64,000 nt of DNA, from positions 86,180,001 to 86,244,000 of the forward strand of contig OZ024744.1 in assembly GCA_964016885.1 (NCBI GenBank). The letters are read 5' to 3'. Below the pieces are notes generated by a model. The model saw nothing but the letters and a program-made list of their open reading frames with translations. It was not told the origin of the DNA and searched no databases. The position numbers and the translations under genes were made by a program. This DNA comes from Eledone cirrhosa (taxonomy: Eukaryota). Shown here piece by piece: positions 1-14,600 of this stretch. How positions within the stretch are numbered: the stretch's first letter is position 1; every line of letters begins with the position of its first letter.

Positions 1-34
<34 letters not shown>

Positions 35-180
35 CAAATTCAGATGATGCAATATATTTCGTAAATCATTTATAACCTTACAATTGTTTCAATACATAAG
101 TTAAGTCACACTAATGCCAAGAAAAACATATATATTGAACATCGCTAAGTATCACAAATTGCAGAAGTGGATATTATATT

Positions 181-346
181 ACTTTCTACTTTTGGCACAA
201 GGCCAGCAATTACCACAGTACATTACTGGTGCTTTATTTTATCGACCCCGTAAGGATTAAAGTCAAAGTTAAGCTCGGCGGTATTTGAACTCAGATCATA
301 ATGGGCCATAACTCTATGTGTCAAAGCGCCTACCGATACTGCCAAT
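181..346 (-). mobile_element. tRNA-derived SINE copy (internally deleted)
   Basis: Reverse complement carries A-box TGGCAGTATCGG, B-box GAGTTCAAAT and the family body CTTACGGGGTCGATAAAATAAAG..CCAGTAATG..GGCCTTGTGCCAAAAGTAGAAA. Confidence 0.85.
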
Positions 347-368
347 GGATTTTGATTATATAATTTAT

Positions 369-461
369 AAACTTTGCCTTTCATCCACACGGGGTCGATA
401 AAATAAAGTACCAGTAATGTACTGGGTATTTGCTGGCCTTGTGCCAAAAGTAGAAACAATT
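369..461 (+). mobile_element. SINE 3' half, inverted relative to the 181-346 copy
   Basis: ACTTTGCCTTTCATCC..GGGGTCGATAAAATAAAGTACCAG..GTAGAAACAATT. Confidence 0.85.
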
Positions 462-780
462 ATTTATAAAGTTGTATTAATATTTTAACTTTTAATTTAT
501 CTTTGTTTTAACTCCATTGTAATTTTAATGTTTTTTACTTTAACGCATTAATCTTCCTAGATCCATTTTTTCGTATCCTTATATAGTTTACAATATTTCA
601 TATAATCGATAGTGTTCCTTAAATATGTAACCTTTAATCAATGAACTCATTTCCTTTCTCATTTGAGTGTGCGTTTATCAGGTTATTGGTTCTAATTAAT
701 ACCTCATATGATATACTGCAATCACTAATACTTAACTATGTATGTTTTCTGGTTTTCATTTTATTATGTTGTCCCGATAG

Positions 781-991
781 GAGGCCGGTAGATTGGCAGT
801 ATTGGTAGAGGGTCGGACACCATGCTTTGCAGCATAGAGTTATGGCTCATTACGTTCAAATCCCCCCGAGGTTAATTTTGCCTTTCATCCTTGCGGCGTT
901 GATAAAATAAAGTACCAGTCATGCACTGGGGTCGATTTAATCGACTTTCCCCTCCCCCAAAATTGATGGCCTTGTGCCTATATAAGAAATC
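781..991 (+). mobile_element. tRNA-derived SINE, long variant with GTCGATTTAATCGAC insert
   Basis: A-box TGGCAGTATTGG, B-box GTTCAAATCC and family body; extra segment shared with the 50659-50874 copy. Confidence 0.85.
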
Positions 992-1171
992 ATTATATTG
1001 TCCCGATAATAGTAATAATAGTAATAATTAAACCGCTTATTGAAACAATTGTAAGGAAATATATGATTTAAGAAATCTATTCCATCATATAAATTGTTTG
1101 TATATGCTCTCTGTAATATATGTTACATTTTTCTTGTGTGTTTATGTATATATGTAGATACAGATAGCGCT

Positions 1172-1870
1172 ACGATGTGATGTTAATAGCACTTGCCAAC
1201 ATTCTGGATCATGAGAGACGCAGGAACACCGAACACAGAGGAAACTGACACCATCTATCAGGCTTGTGAAAGTGAGAGGGAAGGCATCTACCACAGTTAG
1301 AACAACACGTGTTCTACTATAAATGGCTCAATCGTGGGATATGAGGTATAATCTGGGAGGTAGGTTGCAGTTTCTCCGGGTTGTTTTAATACCGCTGAGG
1401 CCAGATATAGTACTTTGACCTGAAAGCTTCACAAAAGATAATCCTGACTGAACTCACAGCCCCATGGGAAAAAGATTGCAGCAATGTCCTTGAGCGAAAA
1501 AGTGTCAAGTATCGAGAATTTGTGCAGGAGAACAAGGGGGAAAGGTTAGCAGGTATGGCTATGTCTAGTCAAGGTGGGCTTCAAGGGTTCCCAGCTAACT
1601 CTGTGTGGAGAATGCTCACTGCCATTGGAATGACATGGAAAGAAGAAAGCTGCATTTCGCAGGATGGGAGAGTCAGCAGAAAGGGACTCCTGTTGGCTTC
1701 GGAGCAGGAGAGAGGATATAAGCATGAAGCCAGGAGACAGAGATGGACAGTAATTTGGTCACCTCTGCTGAGGTCGACACATCCAATGAACATTGGATAG
1801 CGTCTGATAGCATCAACGCCTCCTGGCCAAGGCTATGTCCACCGAAGGTGAATGAATATGAAGCATCTTC
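1172..1870 (+). mobile_element. Decayed 3' end of an RLE-type non-LTR retrotransposon (HERO-like)
   Basis: Frameshifted translation WDMRYNLGGRLQF..LRPDIVL..SQKIILTELTAPWE..ERKSVKY..GFPANSVWRML matches the PD-(D/E)xK restriction-like endonuclease of HERO-clade elements. Confidence 0.7.
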
Positions 1871-1888
1871 TTGTAAGTGTATTCCCGC

Positions 1889-2163
<275 letters not shown>

Positions 2164-2248
2164 AACAGGTAAACAGAAATAACAACACAATCGGTACACT
2201 ATATGGAAGGGATATATTAGTTTAACACTTAATATAGCAGGAAGAGGG

Positions 2249-2284
2249 TCTTAACGTTTCGGACACTAGTCTTTCTTCAGAAGA
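2249..2284 (-). ncRNA. Minimal type I hammerhead ribozyme (PLE-type)
   Basis: Minus strand TCTT-CTGAAGA-AAGAC tagt GTCC-GAAA-CG-TT-AAGA; stem I TCTT/AAGA, palindromic AACGTT stem III. Confidence 0.55.
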
Positions 2285-2760
2285 AAGAATGAGAAATAAG
2301 ATAGATTGAGGGGACGGGCGGGATGGAATTGGAAAAAATGTCTTTAGATAAAAATTATGCTGCTTATCAATAAGTTTTTTCACGTTTGGTTGATGAACAG
2401 GTGTAAGAAGATAAGTACATTCAATGTCGATCATATCTTTCCAGCATAATGGTGACTGTCAAATGCGACGGAGATGTCAAGTAGAAAATAAACGTTAGGA
2501 CAGATATTATAAAATCGTATTTATTGGATAATACGTATTTCAGTGACACCAATATGGGGCTGTTATGCGATCATTACAACAGCAACGGGCACTTTAATAT
2601 ATTTAATTTTTTAATTAGTCAGGTCATCATTGTTTAATAGTCTATGGGGTTTTTCTGGAATATAACACATACGTGGCTTCTTGGCCTTCGTCAGTTCTAC
2701 AGATGCCTTCTTTTTCCGCTGTACTTCCCTTCTCTAATTATGTTTATTATTTAGGATTAT

Positions 2761-2955
2761 AAAGGCGATGGATTGGCAGTATCGGTAGAGGGTCGGACAC
2801 CATACTTTGACGCATAGATTTACGACCCTTGCCATTCTGAGTTCAAATCCCGCCGAGGTTAACTTTGCCTTTCATCTTTACGGAATCGATAAAATAAAGT
2901 ACCAGTAATGTACTGCGGTAATTACTGGCCTTGTCCCCAAAGTAGAAACAATTAT
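2761..2955 (+). mobile_element. tRNA-derived SINE, full length
   Basis: A and B boxes plus body; TAGGATTAT on both sides (possible TSD). Confidence 0.9.
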
Positions 2956-3347
2956 CTAGGATTATTTAGAGCAGTGAAATGGCAGTATCGTAGATCGTTG
3001 AACACAATGCCCTGAGACGTAGAATTTCGGAAAATTACGTTCTGAGTTCAAATCCTGAGGAAGATAGTTTTGCCTTTCATGTATGGACACGTTCTTTTTA
3101 CAATTTAGAAGTAACAATCAAGTAACGAGAGAGAAAACTGTAGCTAAGCATATTTATGTACTTGCGTATATAGACATACACTAGCATATGCGCATCTATC
3201 TCTCTATCTGTCTATCTCTATCCTCCCCTCTAACTATCCATCTATTTATCTTACTATCTCTCTATCTTGTCACCCACGTGACCATCTTTTCAGCTGACCA
3301 CCAACAAATCGTCCAATTCACCCTCCGTTTCATCCCTACATCCATTC

Positions 3348-3462
<115 letters not shown>

Positions 3463-3664
3463 TGGGATGGACACGTGTTAAACTTGCTCGGTAAGTTTTG
3501 TTTAAATTTCCTTAGAAATTCGTCATTGCGAACTTTTAATTTTATACCAATTTGTAGAGGGACTGACAGGTCAAATTTTGATCTGGCCAGTCCTCCAAAA
3601 TATCGTGCCACTCAGGGCAAAAACATCCAAAATATTTTTGCAAAACAGTACATTTAAAAAAAAA

Positions 3665-5542
3665 ATGACCGAAGCACCTACTTCTTTGCCAAAACAAGAA
3701 GATGGGAAGGGAAAGCCATGCCTACTTGACCAGCAGGTAGTAGCAGACATGGTCAAAGAAAGGCCAACGTCATCGCCTCAACATCTAGCTGCTTGTAAGC
3801 AACTGAACACGCCTTACGTCACAAACGTCACATGTATCCACACACAGAAAGATATATATGTAGTAAACACTTCCTTTCGTAAAGAAATGGAAATTCACAC
3901 AACAAAAAATGAAAATAACAGCCCACAACAGACACCCAAAAAATACAGAAAATGAAAAAATTGAAAACACATCCAACAATACCAATCAAAAGGAAAAAAA
4001 TGTCAACACAAACACCAAAGAAAATACAAACAACAGTGACAACAACAACAGCAAAATTTCTTTTGCTGATACTGTAAAAAAAACGGAAATATTTCAACTT
4101 TTGGATTTAACCAACGCGAAACAAAAGTTGGAAGATGCTAAACAATATGTGACTTTTGGACCCAATGGGTCATTTAGCATAAATTCACAAAAACTAAGGA
4201 GAGAAAATGCCCTGAACACGGTGGTTTTCAGGACAATCTCAAATGCATCAAAAAAACCAGCTCAACTATCTCAGAGTGAGATTGAGCTAGTATTAAGGAA
4301 CCACATGGATAACATTTTATTTATTCAGAAAGCCAAACTTTTCGGCAGCATCTCGGTGCTAATGAAAAACAACATAACAGCACAAAAATATTCTATCGCG
4401 CCCATTGTGTCCACACATTTTACATTTTTCCCTACATACATGGGGAAAAGAACGCAAAAAATAAAAATTACATGTATAAGACCCAAAGTAGATATTTGGT
4501 GGATACTTTATGGCCTAATTGACCTTGAACAAGACACTTTGATCTCAGTAGGAAAATCCACCAGAGATATATTTAGTGGGACTAGCATCGAAATTCTGGT
4601 GCAGATGAGCCCAGAACGTATAATGAAAATCCCACAGAGAGTACCTCTGGATGGACAGACCTACATAAACATTTCGGTTGAGGGTAGGCGATCCGCATGT
4701 TACCACAGCGCAAGCAGAGGTCACCTAAGGGGTGCCTGTCCTCAATTGACAAAAAACCCCCCACTTTTACCAACACCACAAATAACAACACAACCACCAC
4801 CAGCACCACGACAACAAGAAAAAACAACAGAGAACACTATTCTACCCAACCCCTCCCCACCCAAAACAAATACAAAAACACACACAGACACTACAGAACC
4901 CATCAACACGGATGAGGAACCTCTATCGACGGCACCCAGCGGCGGTGAGGAGGAACCCTTCCAACCCGTGAAAAGAATAAAAAGAAAGAACCGCATGAAC
5001 AAAAACGAAACAAACACACAAACACGAGCACAAACAGCACAAAAATCACAAACAAAAGTTCCCCCTCCCGAAAACAAAACACCCACAACAAAGAGAAAAC
5101 ACATGCAGGAACCACAGACAAAAACAAGCACAACACAGGAAAAGTACACATACACTTACATAAACGAAGAAAATAGAACACTGATGGAGACCATCAGAAT
5201 CAACCCTTTGGTCAAAACTGAAGGGAAAACTTTGGATAGCTCCAACAAAAACAAAAAAATGAACTTAAAACTGATCAGGGTCCCTATAGGAACTTATAGA
5301 TCCCTAAAAGAAACATTTGTAGAGGACGTGGGGAATTCCTGCGTGAAACCAATCAACAGCGTCCTCTACAAAACCTCCCCACCACAGGCACCCCCACCCA
5401 AGTCATCCCCACCCCACCAGACACCCCTTCCCCATCAAACACCTCCGTCCCCACTCCGCCAGAAACCACCACCCCACCCAACAACCAATCCCCCACCCTC
5501 ATGGAAATTGTGCAGCCCGATACCCGGGACGCAGAGAGGTAA
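3665..5542 (+). pseudogene. Tx1 ORF1 (gag-like nucleic-acid-binding protein), frameshifted
   Basis: VEGRRSACYHSASRGHLRGAC is a degenerate CX2CX4HX4C; end MEIVQPDTRDAER* is homologous to MEIEQPDLQETKR* in copy 3. Confidence 0.8.
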
Positions 5543-5566
5543 GTGCCTTTTCTCTTCACCACCAAC

Positions 5567-8500
5567 ATGGCAATGCTAAGAGTAGGCTGTTTAAATGCGC
5601 GTGGCCTGGGCTCAACTTGGAAGCAAGCAATGCTTCTAAATTACCTCAGGTCACAACGTATAGATGTGATGGTTATTTGCGAGGCCCGGATCAGCAACGT
5701 GCGACAGCTGGCCCCCACCTTTGATGACTTTGAGATGCACGCATCTCTCTGTCAGCCCGGAGGTGGGCGTGGGGTTGTCGTTCTGCTGCAAAAACATCTG
5801 GGTCTCGCAACACAGATGGTACATTTGGACTCGGAGGGTCGACTAGTGGTTCTGGACCTTGGCAGTGGTGAAGGCGGAGCAATAGGTTTGTAGCCGCCTA
5901 CGGCCCTTTCGGGTCAATGCGGTCGGACTTCTTCCATCGTCTGGAGACTTTTCTAGGGACGTCCCGCTCCTTGCTATTAGTGGGGGACTGGAATGGTATC
6001 CTAGATGCACGCTGGGACTACGTAGGGGCCTGTCCCGATAGAGAGGGGTGTAATAGCCTCAAAGGGTTAATCGGTCGATTTGACCTGGCCGATAGATATC
6101 GACTAGATTTTCCGACTGCGCCAACCTGGGCTTGGGCAAATCTAGGTCGTACCTAGATAGGTTCTTAGTTAGAATTAAGGATAAGGACTTTTTAAGTTGT
6201 CCAAAAATGCGCATGGTTGGCTATTCAGACCACAAGTTAGTGAGCTGCATGGTCAACCTTGACAGAACGCATAGACAGGGACCCGGTTACTGGAAGCTCA
6301 AACTTGTCCTTACCGGCAAGTAAGGCTTACAGGGACCTGATTAGCACTTTAGTTAAGGAGCGGTTGACGGGCGCCATCGTCAACAGCAGGTGGTGGGAAT
6401 CTCTCAAAAGAGAGATTAGAGTAGTCTCTATAGTATTTAGTAAGGAGTTAGCCTTAAATAGAAATAGGAAGGAAAGGGAGTTGGTAGATAGTGTAGAAGA
6501 GGCAATTAGAAGTGGCGACGTGGACAGAGTGCTAGCGTCGAGAACGGCCCTGGGCCAGTTCTTCGACGCGAAGAACGAAGGCTGCATCATCCGAACCAAA
6601 ATACGTGCTCTGGGAAACGAGGGGACCAAAGCTGTTAGCTGGGCCCGCGTGACAGAAGCCAAAAGAGGGAGCAGCTCCACTATCCGGTCTTTGCGAGACC
6701 AGGATGGACGGGTGATCCTTGAACCTAAGCAGATGTGCGAGGCTTTTCAAAAGCATTTTGCCGGATTGTTCGGAAGGGGCGAGGATGTGGACTTCGGCCT
6801 GCCGCGTCTCTCGGACAGGGAGGCGAAGTCCTGCGAGAAGCCGATTTCAGCCGCTGAGATAGAGGACGTGCTGGGGCCAATGCGGCAAACGCAAATCCCC
6901 GGGTCTCAATGGTCTTCCATACGAACTATATCTAGCTATGCCGGACTTGTTTCCCGATCTCCTCGAGGCGGTCTACTGCAACTGGCAACAGAACGGGAGA
7001 ATTCCCTGTGCTGTAACCAAGGGTGTAGTCACGCTAGTGAGGAAGGACGAGAACAAGGGGGACGAAATAAGTAACTTCAGGCCCATAACTCTGCTAAATA
7101 CAGAGTTACAGATTTTGGCCAAGGTGCTAGCAAAGAGGTTGGCGCTTATCGTGGGCAACCTGTTGGGAGATGGCTATCCCGTCCAGGTCCATCCACGACA
7201 ACCTCCACCTCATGCGATACATCATAGAGAGGGTTGGGAACGAACCCGGCTTTGGTGGGGCCCTGATCAACTTGGATCAATCTAAGGCGTTCGATAGGGT
7301 CGACCATGGTTACCTGGATGCGGTGCTAGCGGCGGCAGGCTTCGGACCCGTTTTCAGGGGCTGGATCAATGCCATGCACAGCAGCCGCATCTGCTCTAGG
7401 GTCAAGGCGAACGGCTACCTCTCGGAGCCGTTCGAAATCGCGCGGTCCATCCGACAAGGGTGCCCTCTCTCCTCCCTTCTGTATGTAATGACTCTAGAGC
7501 CACTGCTGCGGAAGTTGGAGTTGTTGCAGGGCATCCCGTTGGAACCGGCATTGCGGAAAGCGGTGTCGGCCTACGCCGACGATGTAACAGTAATGGTGTC
7601 GACGGCCTCGGAAATCGGGGCGATCGGCACCTTACTGGAGGGGTACGAAAGATTTACAGGGGCTAAGCTGAACCGGGACAAGTCGATCGGTCTGCAACTC
7701 GGCACGTGGAGGGGAAGATCGATGCCCTCCTATGGCGTCGTCGGGCGCTGGACGGAGGGCCCGGTGAAGTTGCTCGGAGTCTGGTTCGGACCAGACCTCC
7801 AGGTGGAGAAGAACTGGGGTGAGGTAACGAGCAGGGTATTTGTACTGACCCAGAAGTGGGCCGAGTGCAAACTGTCCCTGAAAGGTCGGGTGGAGGTGGC
7901 GAACACTTATATAGCGTCCGTCATCTACTACCGCCTGACCGTTGTGCCTTGCCCAAGGGAAACGCTCGCCAAAATGGAGCGCGCACTCTTCCAATTCCTT
8001 TGGAAGAAGCGGGCTCCTATGGTGAGGAGATCCATCTGCTGTCAACACCCTTCGAAAGGAGGGCTGGGGATGCCGTGGCTAATGATACGTAAACACGCAT
8101 TAAGGCTACGGCACCTCCAGGTATTCCTTACCGGTCAACCGGTGTGGGCCCCGTTTGTGAGGCGAGCCTTTCCCAGACTCGCCTCACTCACCGAGCTGCA
8201 ATCCTGGGTCAAGCAAAGACCGAGAAAACTGGGCGCCTGGCACATCGAGTGTGCCCAGGCGCTCACGGCTCTCTAGCAGGCGGACCCGGCTGTCATTGGA
8301 AAATCCACCTCGTAATTCTATAGAGGGCTGGTGGTTAGAAGGTGCGACGACGCCCTCGGAGAAGCCCTAGGCATGGAGGAAGACGAACTGGCCAACCTGT
8401 TCGGTAGGACATTCAGCCCGGGATCCATGGATAACTTCCAGAGGTCCCTGGCCTGGCAGTGCTACAGAAGGGCTCTGCCAGTTCGAGAAAGGCTCTACAG

Positions 8501-8954
8501 ACACGGGCGCCCGGTTAGGGACCCCTCGAAAAAGATCTGTCCCAGATGCGTGTGCGACGAGGAAACCGTTGCACACGCATTGGTACACTGCTCGGGCATT
8601 GCCGATCTGTGGGGCTATGTCGAACAACTGCTGTCAAGGGTGGGGCCGATCCGGTTGATCACCGAGTCTATTGTAACGATCAAGCCGCCTCCCCTCTTCA
8701 AAAACGAAGGAGAGGCGGTGTTTCTGTGCGTAATAGCCATGGCGAAAGAGGTTATATGGTGGACGCGTCTGAAAGGACTGAGGTCAGGCACCTTTCTCTC
8801 TGGCCAACAACTGGTCCGTTTCTTCCGATATCATTTCGGAAGAAGGATCAGGATGGAGAGAGAGGTGCTGCACCCCAGCCGTTTTTATGAAAGATGGGTG
8901 AAAGTGGCGATAATGGCCCGTGTGAATGGGCCTTCACTCTACATCAAACTATAG
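5567..8954 (+). pseudogene. Tx1 ORF2 (APE endonuclease-RT-zinc finger), disrupted
   Basis: ORF pieces 5543-5893, 5917-6156, 6132-6323, 6259-7074, 6938-7285, 7170-8276 and 8331-8954 tile one EN-RT-ZnF protein. Confidence 0.9.
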
Positions 8955-9214
8955 GTGAGGAAGATGAAAGACCAAGGGAGCACCCCTTCTCTGTGCTCCT
9001 GAAGAGAAGGGTTGCACACTTTTTTCGGGGGTGTGTGCGACCCCCCAAGGCGCCTCCTCTCTATGGAGGATTTTGTTATAAATTTTATCTTGTTATATTT
9101 TATTTTATTTTATATTTTGTTATTGCCTCCTCCTTATTGAGGACGCCTTGTTATGTAAACTCCCCCCATTGTACTTGTCCCACTTTTGATGCCCTGGTGG
9201 CAAATAAAAAGAAA

Positions 9215-9217
<3 letters not shown>

Positions 9218-9309
<92 letters not shown>
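9218..9309. repeat. (TCTA)n between Tx1 copies 1 and 2
   Basis: Direct read. Confidence 0.97.
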
Positions 9310-11525
9310 GTGACCAAGGGCGTAGTCACGCTAGTGAGGAAGGACGAGAACAAGGGGGACGAAATAAGTAGCTTCAGGCCCATAACTCTGCTAAATACAG
9401 AGTTACAGATTTTGGCCAAGGTGCTAGCAAAGAGGTTGGCGCTTGTCGTGGGCAACCTGGTGGGAGATGCGCAGACATGCGCTATCCCGTCCAGGTCCAT
9501 CCATGACAACCTCCACCTCATGCGATACATCATAGAGAGGGTTGGGAACGAACCCGGCTTTGGTGGGGCCCTGATCAACTTGGATCAATCTAAGGCGTTC
9601 GATAGGGTCGACCATGGTTACCTGGATGCGGTGCTAGCGGCGGCAGGCTTCGGACCCGTTTTCAGGGGCTGGATCACTGCTATGCACAGCAGCCGCATCT
9701 GCTCTAGGGTCAAGGTGAACGGCTACCTCTCGGAGCCGTTCAAAATCGCGCGGTCCATCCGACAAGGGTGCCCTCTCTCCTCCCTTCTGTATGTGTTGAC
9801 TCTCGAGCCACTACTTTCGAAGTTGGAGTTGTTGCAGGGCATCCCTTTGGAACCGGGATTGCGGAAAGCGGTGTCGGCCTACGCCGATGACGTGACAGTA
9901 ATGGTGTCGACGGCCTCCGAAATCGAGGCGGTCGGCACCTTACTGGAGGAGTACGAAAGGTTCACAGGGGCTAAGCTGAACCGGGACAAGTCGATCGGTT
10001 TGCAACTCGGCACGTGGAGCGGCAGACCGATGCCCTCCGATGGCGTCGTCGGACGCTGGACGGAGGACCCGGTGAAGTTGCTCGGGGTCTGGTTCGGACT
10101 GGACCTCCAGGTGTAGAAAAACTGGGCGGAGGTTACGAACAGGGTGTTTGCACTGACCCAGAAGTGGGCCAGTTGCAAACTATCCCTGAAAGGTCGGGTG
10201 GAGGTGGCGAACACCTACATAGCGTCCGTCATCTACTACCGCCTGACCGTAGTGCCCTGCCCAAGGGAAACCCTCACCAAGATGGAGCGCGCACTCTTCC
10301 AATTCCTTTGGAAGAGGCGGGCTCCTATGGTGAGGAGATCCATCTGCTGTCAACACCCTTCGAAAGGAGGGCTGGGGATGCCGTGGCTAATGATGCGTAA
10401 ACACGCATTAAGGCTACGGCACCTCTACGTATTCCTCACCGGTCAACCGGTGTGGGCCTCGTTTGTGAGACGAACCTTTCCCAGACTCGTCTCACTCACC
10501 GAGCTGCAATCCTGGGTCAAGCAAAGACCGAAAAAACTGGGCTCCTGGCACACTGAGTGTGCCCAGGCGCTCACCGCCCTCTGGCAGGCGGATCCGGTTA
10601 TCAGTGGAGACTCCACCGCAACATTCTATAGAGGGCTGGTATGCAGCAGGTGCGACGACGCCCTCGGAGAAACCCTAGACATGGAGGAGGATGAACTGGC
10701 CAGCCTGTTCGGTAGGACATTCAGCCCGGGACCTATGGACAACTTCCAGAAGTCCCTGGCCTGGCAGTGCTACCGAGGGGCTTTACCCGTTCGAGAAAGG
10801 CTCTACAGACACGGGCGCCCGGGTAGGGACCCCGCCAAAAAGATCTGTCCCAGATGCGTGTGCGACGAGGAAACCGTTGCACACGCATTGGTACACTGCT
10901 CGGGCGTAGCCGATCTGTGGGGCTATGTCGAACAACTGCTGTCAAGGGTGGGACAGATCCGGTTGACCACCGAGTCTATTGTAATGATCAAGCCGCCTCC
11001 CCCCTTCAAAGATGAAGCAGAGGCGGTGTTTCTGTGCGTAATAGCCATGGCGCAAGAGGTTGTATGGTGGACGCGTCTGAAAGGACTGAGGTCAGGCACC
11101 TTTCTCTCTGGCCAACAACTGGTCCGTTTCTTCCGATATCATTTCGGAAGAAGGATCAGGATGGAGAGAGAGGTGCTCCACCCCAGTCGTTTTTATGAAA
11201 GGTGGGTGAAAGTGGCGAGAATGGCCCGTGTGAATGGGCCTTCTCTTTACATAAGCCTGTAGGTGGAAAAGAAGAAGTAACGAGGGAGCACCCCTCTCTG
11301 TGCTCCTGAGGAAAAGGGTTGCACACTTTTTTCGGGGGTGTGTGCGACCCCCCAAGGCGCCTCCTCTCCATTGAGGATTTTGTTATAAATTGTATTTTTT
11401 GTTATATTTTATTTTATTTTTATATTTTGTTATTGCCTCCTCCTTATTGAGGACGCCTTTTTGTGTAAACTCCCCCCTTTGTACTTGTCCCACTTTTGAT
11501 GTCCTTGTGGCAAATAAAAGAAACA
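9310..11525 (+). mobile_element. Tx1 copy 2, 5'-truncated at the start of RT
   Basis: Highly similar to ~7013-9217; one in-frame TAG at 10114-10116; same 3'UTR end. Confidence 0.93.

Positions 11526-11612
<87 letters not shown>
11526..11612. repeat. (TCTA)n between Tx1 copies 2 and 3
   Basis: Direct read. Confidence 0.97.
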
Positions 11613-11616
<4 letters not shown>

Positions 11617-11619
11617 ATC

Positions 11620-14600
11620 TGCCTGACGCGTGGAACATCGCCGGTAAGGTTTTTTTGTAAATCTATATACGAAAAACAGAACAAATTATTTGAAAAAACA
11701 TATCATTTTGTAGATTAACCCCCAAGCTGAATTGTCAGCTGGGTGGTAATCCCATTTTTCGCCCCTTTAGTGGCGAAAATTTAATTAAAAAATTGTTTTA
11801 AAAAATCAAATTTTGCCAACTATAAAACATGAATAACTCGAAAAGAACGCTAGAGAACGTCGAGAGAGAGAGAAGAGAAGTAAAGAGGCAAATATTAACT
11901 TTATATCTGCTTCTGCTACTATGGACGTCGCTATGGATACAACTGTCAACAAAGAGAAAAAAATACCACTTGAAGATTTTAAAATTTCTACCGTCGAAGC
12001 GGAGGAAAATAACAATAACACACAGGAAAACACAGGAATTAAACCTATTAACATACATACATATGAAAAAGACATCAACAACTCCACAGATAAATCTACA
12101 CATAAAGTTTCACCTTGTCAAGGAATTAAGATTTCCTACACCGAAGCTAACAACGATAACAACAACAACAACAACAACAGCAACACCACACAAAAAAATA
12201 TCTTTCGCAGAAACAGTGAACAAAAAACAAGATTTTATAAATCTTGACATCTCCAATGCAAGAGATATGCTCCAGCAAGGGAGAAAATGTGTAACAGCAA
12301 GGGAGAAAATGTGAAACCCACCCTAACAAGGGTGGGTTTAGAACTAACTCACTCCTCGAAATAAAAGAGACAGTTCCCAGGACAGTGACCTTTAGGACTG
12401 TCTCCAACACTGCGAGAAAGCCGATATTTGTCAAGCAGATATAGAAGCGATCTTCAAGGAGATTCTAGCAAATATTGACTTTCTAAAACGAGGAAAACAG
12501 TACGGAAGTGTTTCCGTACTGTTTAAAAGCGAGGCACTCGCTCCAAAACATTCTGTGACACCAATGGTTTCAAAAGCATTCACCTTTTTCCCTACATACA
12601 TGGGAAAAAGGACACAAAAAAATATATATATATACCACCAAACATTAACATCTGCTGGATCTTGGCTGGCTTCGTAGAGCTAGAGACTGATATGATTCTT
12701 TCGATACGAAAGTCTATTAGACAAAGGTGGGCGGGTACTGATTTGGAGATTCTGATGCAAATGAGGCCGGAGAGAATCTCCAAAATACCCGATAGAGTCG
12801 TCATCGATGACAACTACAAAATAAACATTTCGGTAGAAGGGCGTAAATGTCATTGCTTTCGCTGTGGTAGCACAGCACACTTAAAAGACTCCTGTCCTTC
12901 ACAAACACACCACAACAACATCATTAAAACAACACTATTACCAACACCAAGACAACCACCACCACCACAAGTACAACAACAGACGAAACGAGCAACCACA
13001 CCAAAACAAACAGCCACTCAACCAACAACAACAGATAAAACACACACAACACCCCTGAAGACCACAGCCCCACCCCATGCACTCTATCACACACACAGAA
13101 ACAACACCACCACACAACATACCCCTACCCCACACTCCTGACGATGATTATTCATCGACGGATGAAGCTGCTTCTCCTTCTTTAAGTGAAGAAGAGGGAG
13201 AGCCGCGGAAATCTAAAAAACAAAAAAAGAGACACCACAAACCCCCAAAACTCCAGTCACCAACACCAACACACAACCACAGACACAAACAACAACACAA
13301 ACAACACCACAGTCAAACAGCCCCCTACCAGCAAAACCAACACCAACACCACCCCATACACAAGCACCCACCATAAAAAAAAACTCCCGGACAAACAATA
13401 AACTAAAACAACACAACAAAAACACAAACAACAATACGCATTCATCAACTCAAACAACAAGAGTTTGATGGAGGTCATCTCCCAAAACCCCAAAGTGGAG
13501 ACGGAGGGCAAAACTTTCGTCAAGGCAGAATCGTCTCCACACCTTAAACTTATAAGGGTTTCTATGGAAACCTATAGTGACCTAAAAAATAAATGCAACC
13601 CCTGCCAGAAACCCATCAAATGTCCTATTAAAATGTTTCCCCACCCCACCAACACCCCATCCAGCACCCAAATGGAGATTGAACAACCCGATCTCCAGGA
13701 AACGAAAAGGTAACTGCACCTTTGTGTCCTTTTTTCGCCAACTTTTCTTCACCAACATGGCTAGTTTACGAGTTGGAAGTGTGAATGTGCGTGGTCTAGG
13801 GATGCCCTGGAAACAGGGCCAACTTTTAAACGACATTAGGTCACACGGTATGGATGTGATAGCCATCACTGAGTCCAGGATCCACAACAGGCAGCAACTA
13901 ACCCCCATCTTCGACGACTTTGAGATCTACGCATCTCTCTGTCAGCTAGGAGGAGGAGTGGGAGTCGCTGTCATGTTCCGGAAGAACCTGGACGTCGAAG
14001 TACAGCAAGTACACTTGGACCCAGACGGTAGACTGGTAGTCCTAGACGTGAACAGTATTGGAGGTGGAGCCTTCAGACTGGTGGCCGTTTATGACCCGAC
14101 CGGGCAATCGCAATCACGGCCAGACTTCTTTAAGCGTCTAGAGTCTTTTCTGGGAACATCTCGCTCCTTATTTTAGTGGGGACTGGAATAGTATCCTAGA
14201 TGCAGGATGGGACTATGTGGGAGCACGTCCTAGTGGGGGAGGGGTGTGCAACAGCCTCAAAACTTTAATCGGCCAATTCCAACTGGCCGATAGGTATCGA
14301 CTGGATTTCCCGACTGCACCACAGTGGACGTGGGCAAACCGCGGCGGGACATCTAGATCGTATTTAGATAGGTTCTTCATTAGAGAAAGGGACAATGAGA
14401 TGTTAAGCTGTCCACGAATGCACATGGCTGCTTACTCAGATCACAAATTAGTCGTCTGCTTAGTCAACCCTGATAGAATACATAGACAGGGACCCGGATA
14501 CTGGAAGCTGAACGTGTCGTTGCCGGCACGTAAAGCTTACAGTGAACGGATAAGTAGACTAGTCAAGCAACAGGGGTAACGGGAGCCATCGTCAACAATA

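Larger units (their letters stand above)
3463..9217 (+). mobile_element. Tx1-clade (L1 superfamily) LINE, near full length, copy 1
   Basis: 5'UTR, ORF1 with degenerate zinc knuckle, ORF2 with APE (LNARGL, VGDWNG, YLDRF, SDHK), RT (RPITLLN, DQSKAFDRV, RQGCPLS, YADD) and C-terminal CPRC..ETVAHALVHC; 3'UTR ends GTGGCAAATAAAAAGAAA. Confidence 0.93.

Noticed and set aside
2761-2855. tRNA gene
   Set aside because: A/B boxes belong to a multi-copy SINE head; no cloverleaf or acceptor stem seen
5535-5545. Conserved AGGTAA as a splice donor at the Tx1 ORF1/ORF2 boundary
   Set aside because: The TAA is the ORF1 stop codon in both subfamilies, which explains the conservation
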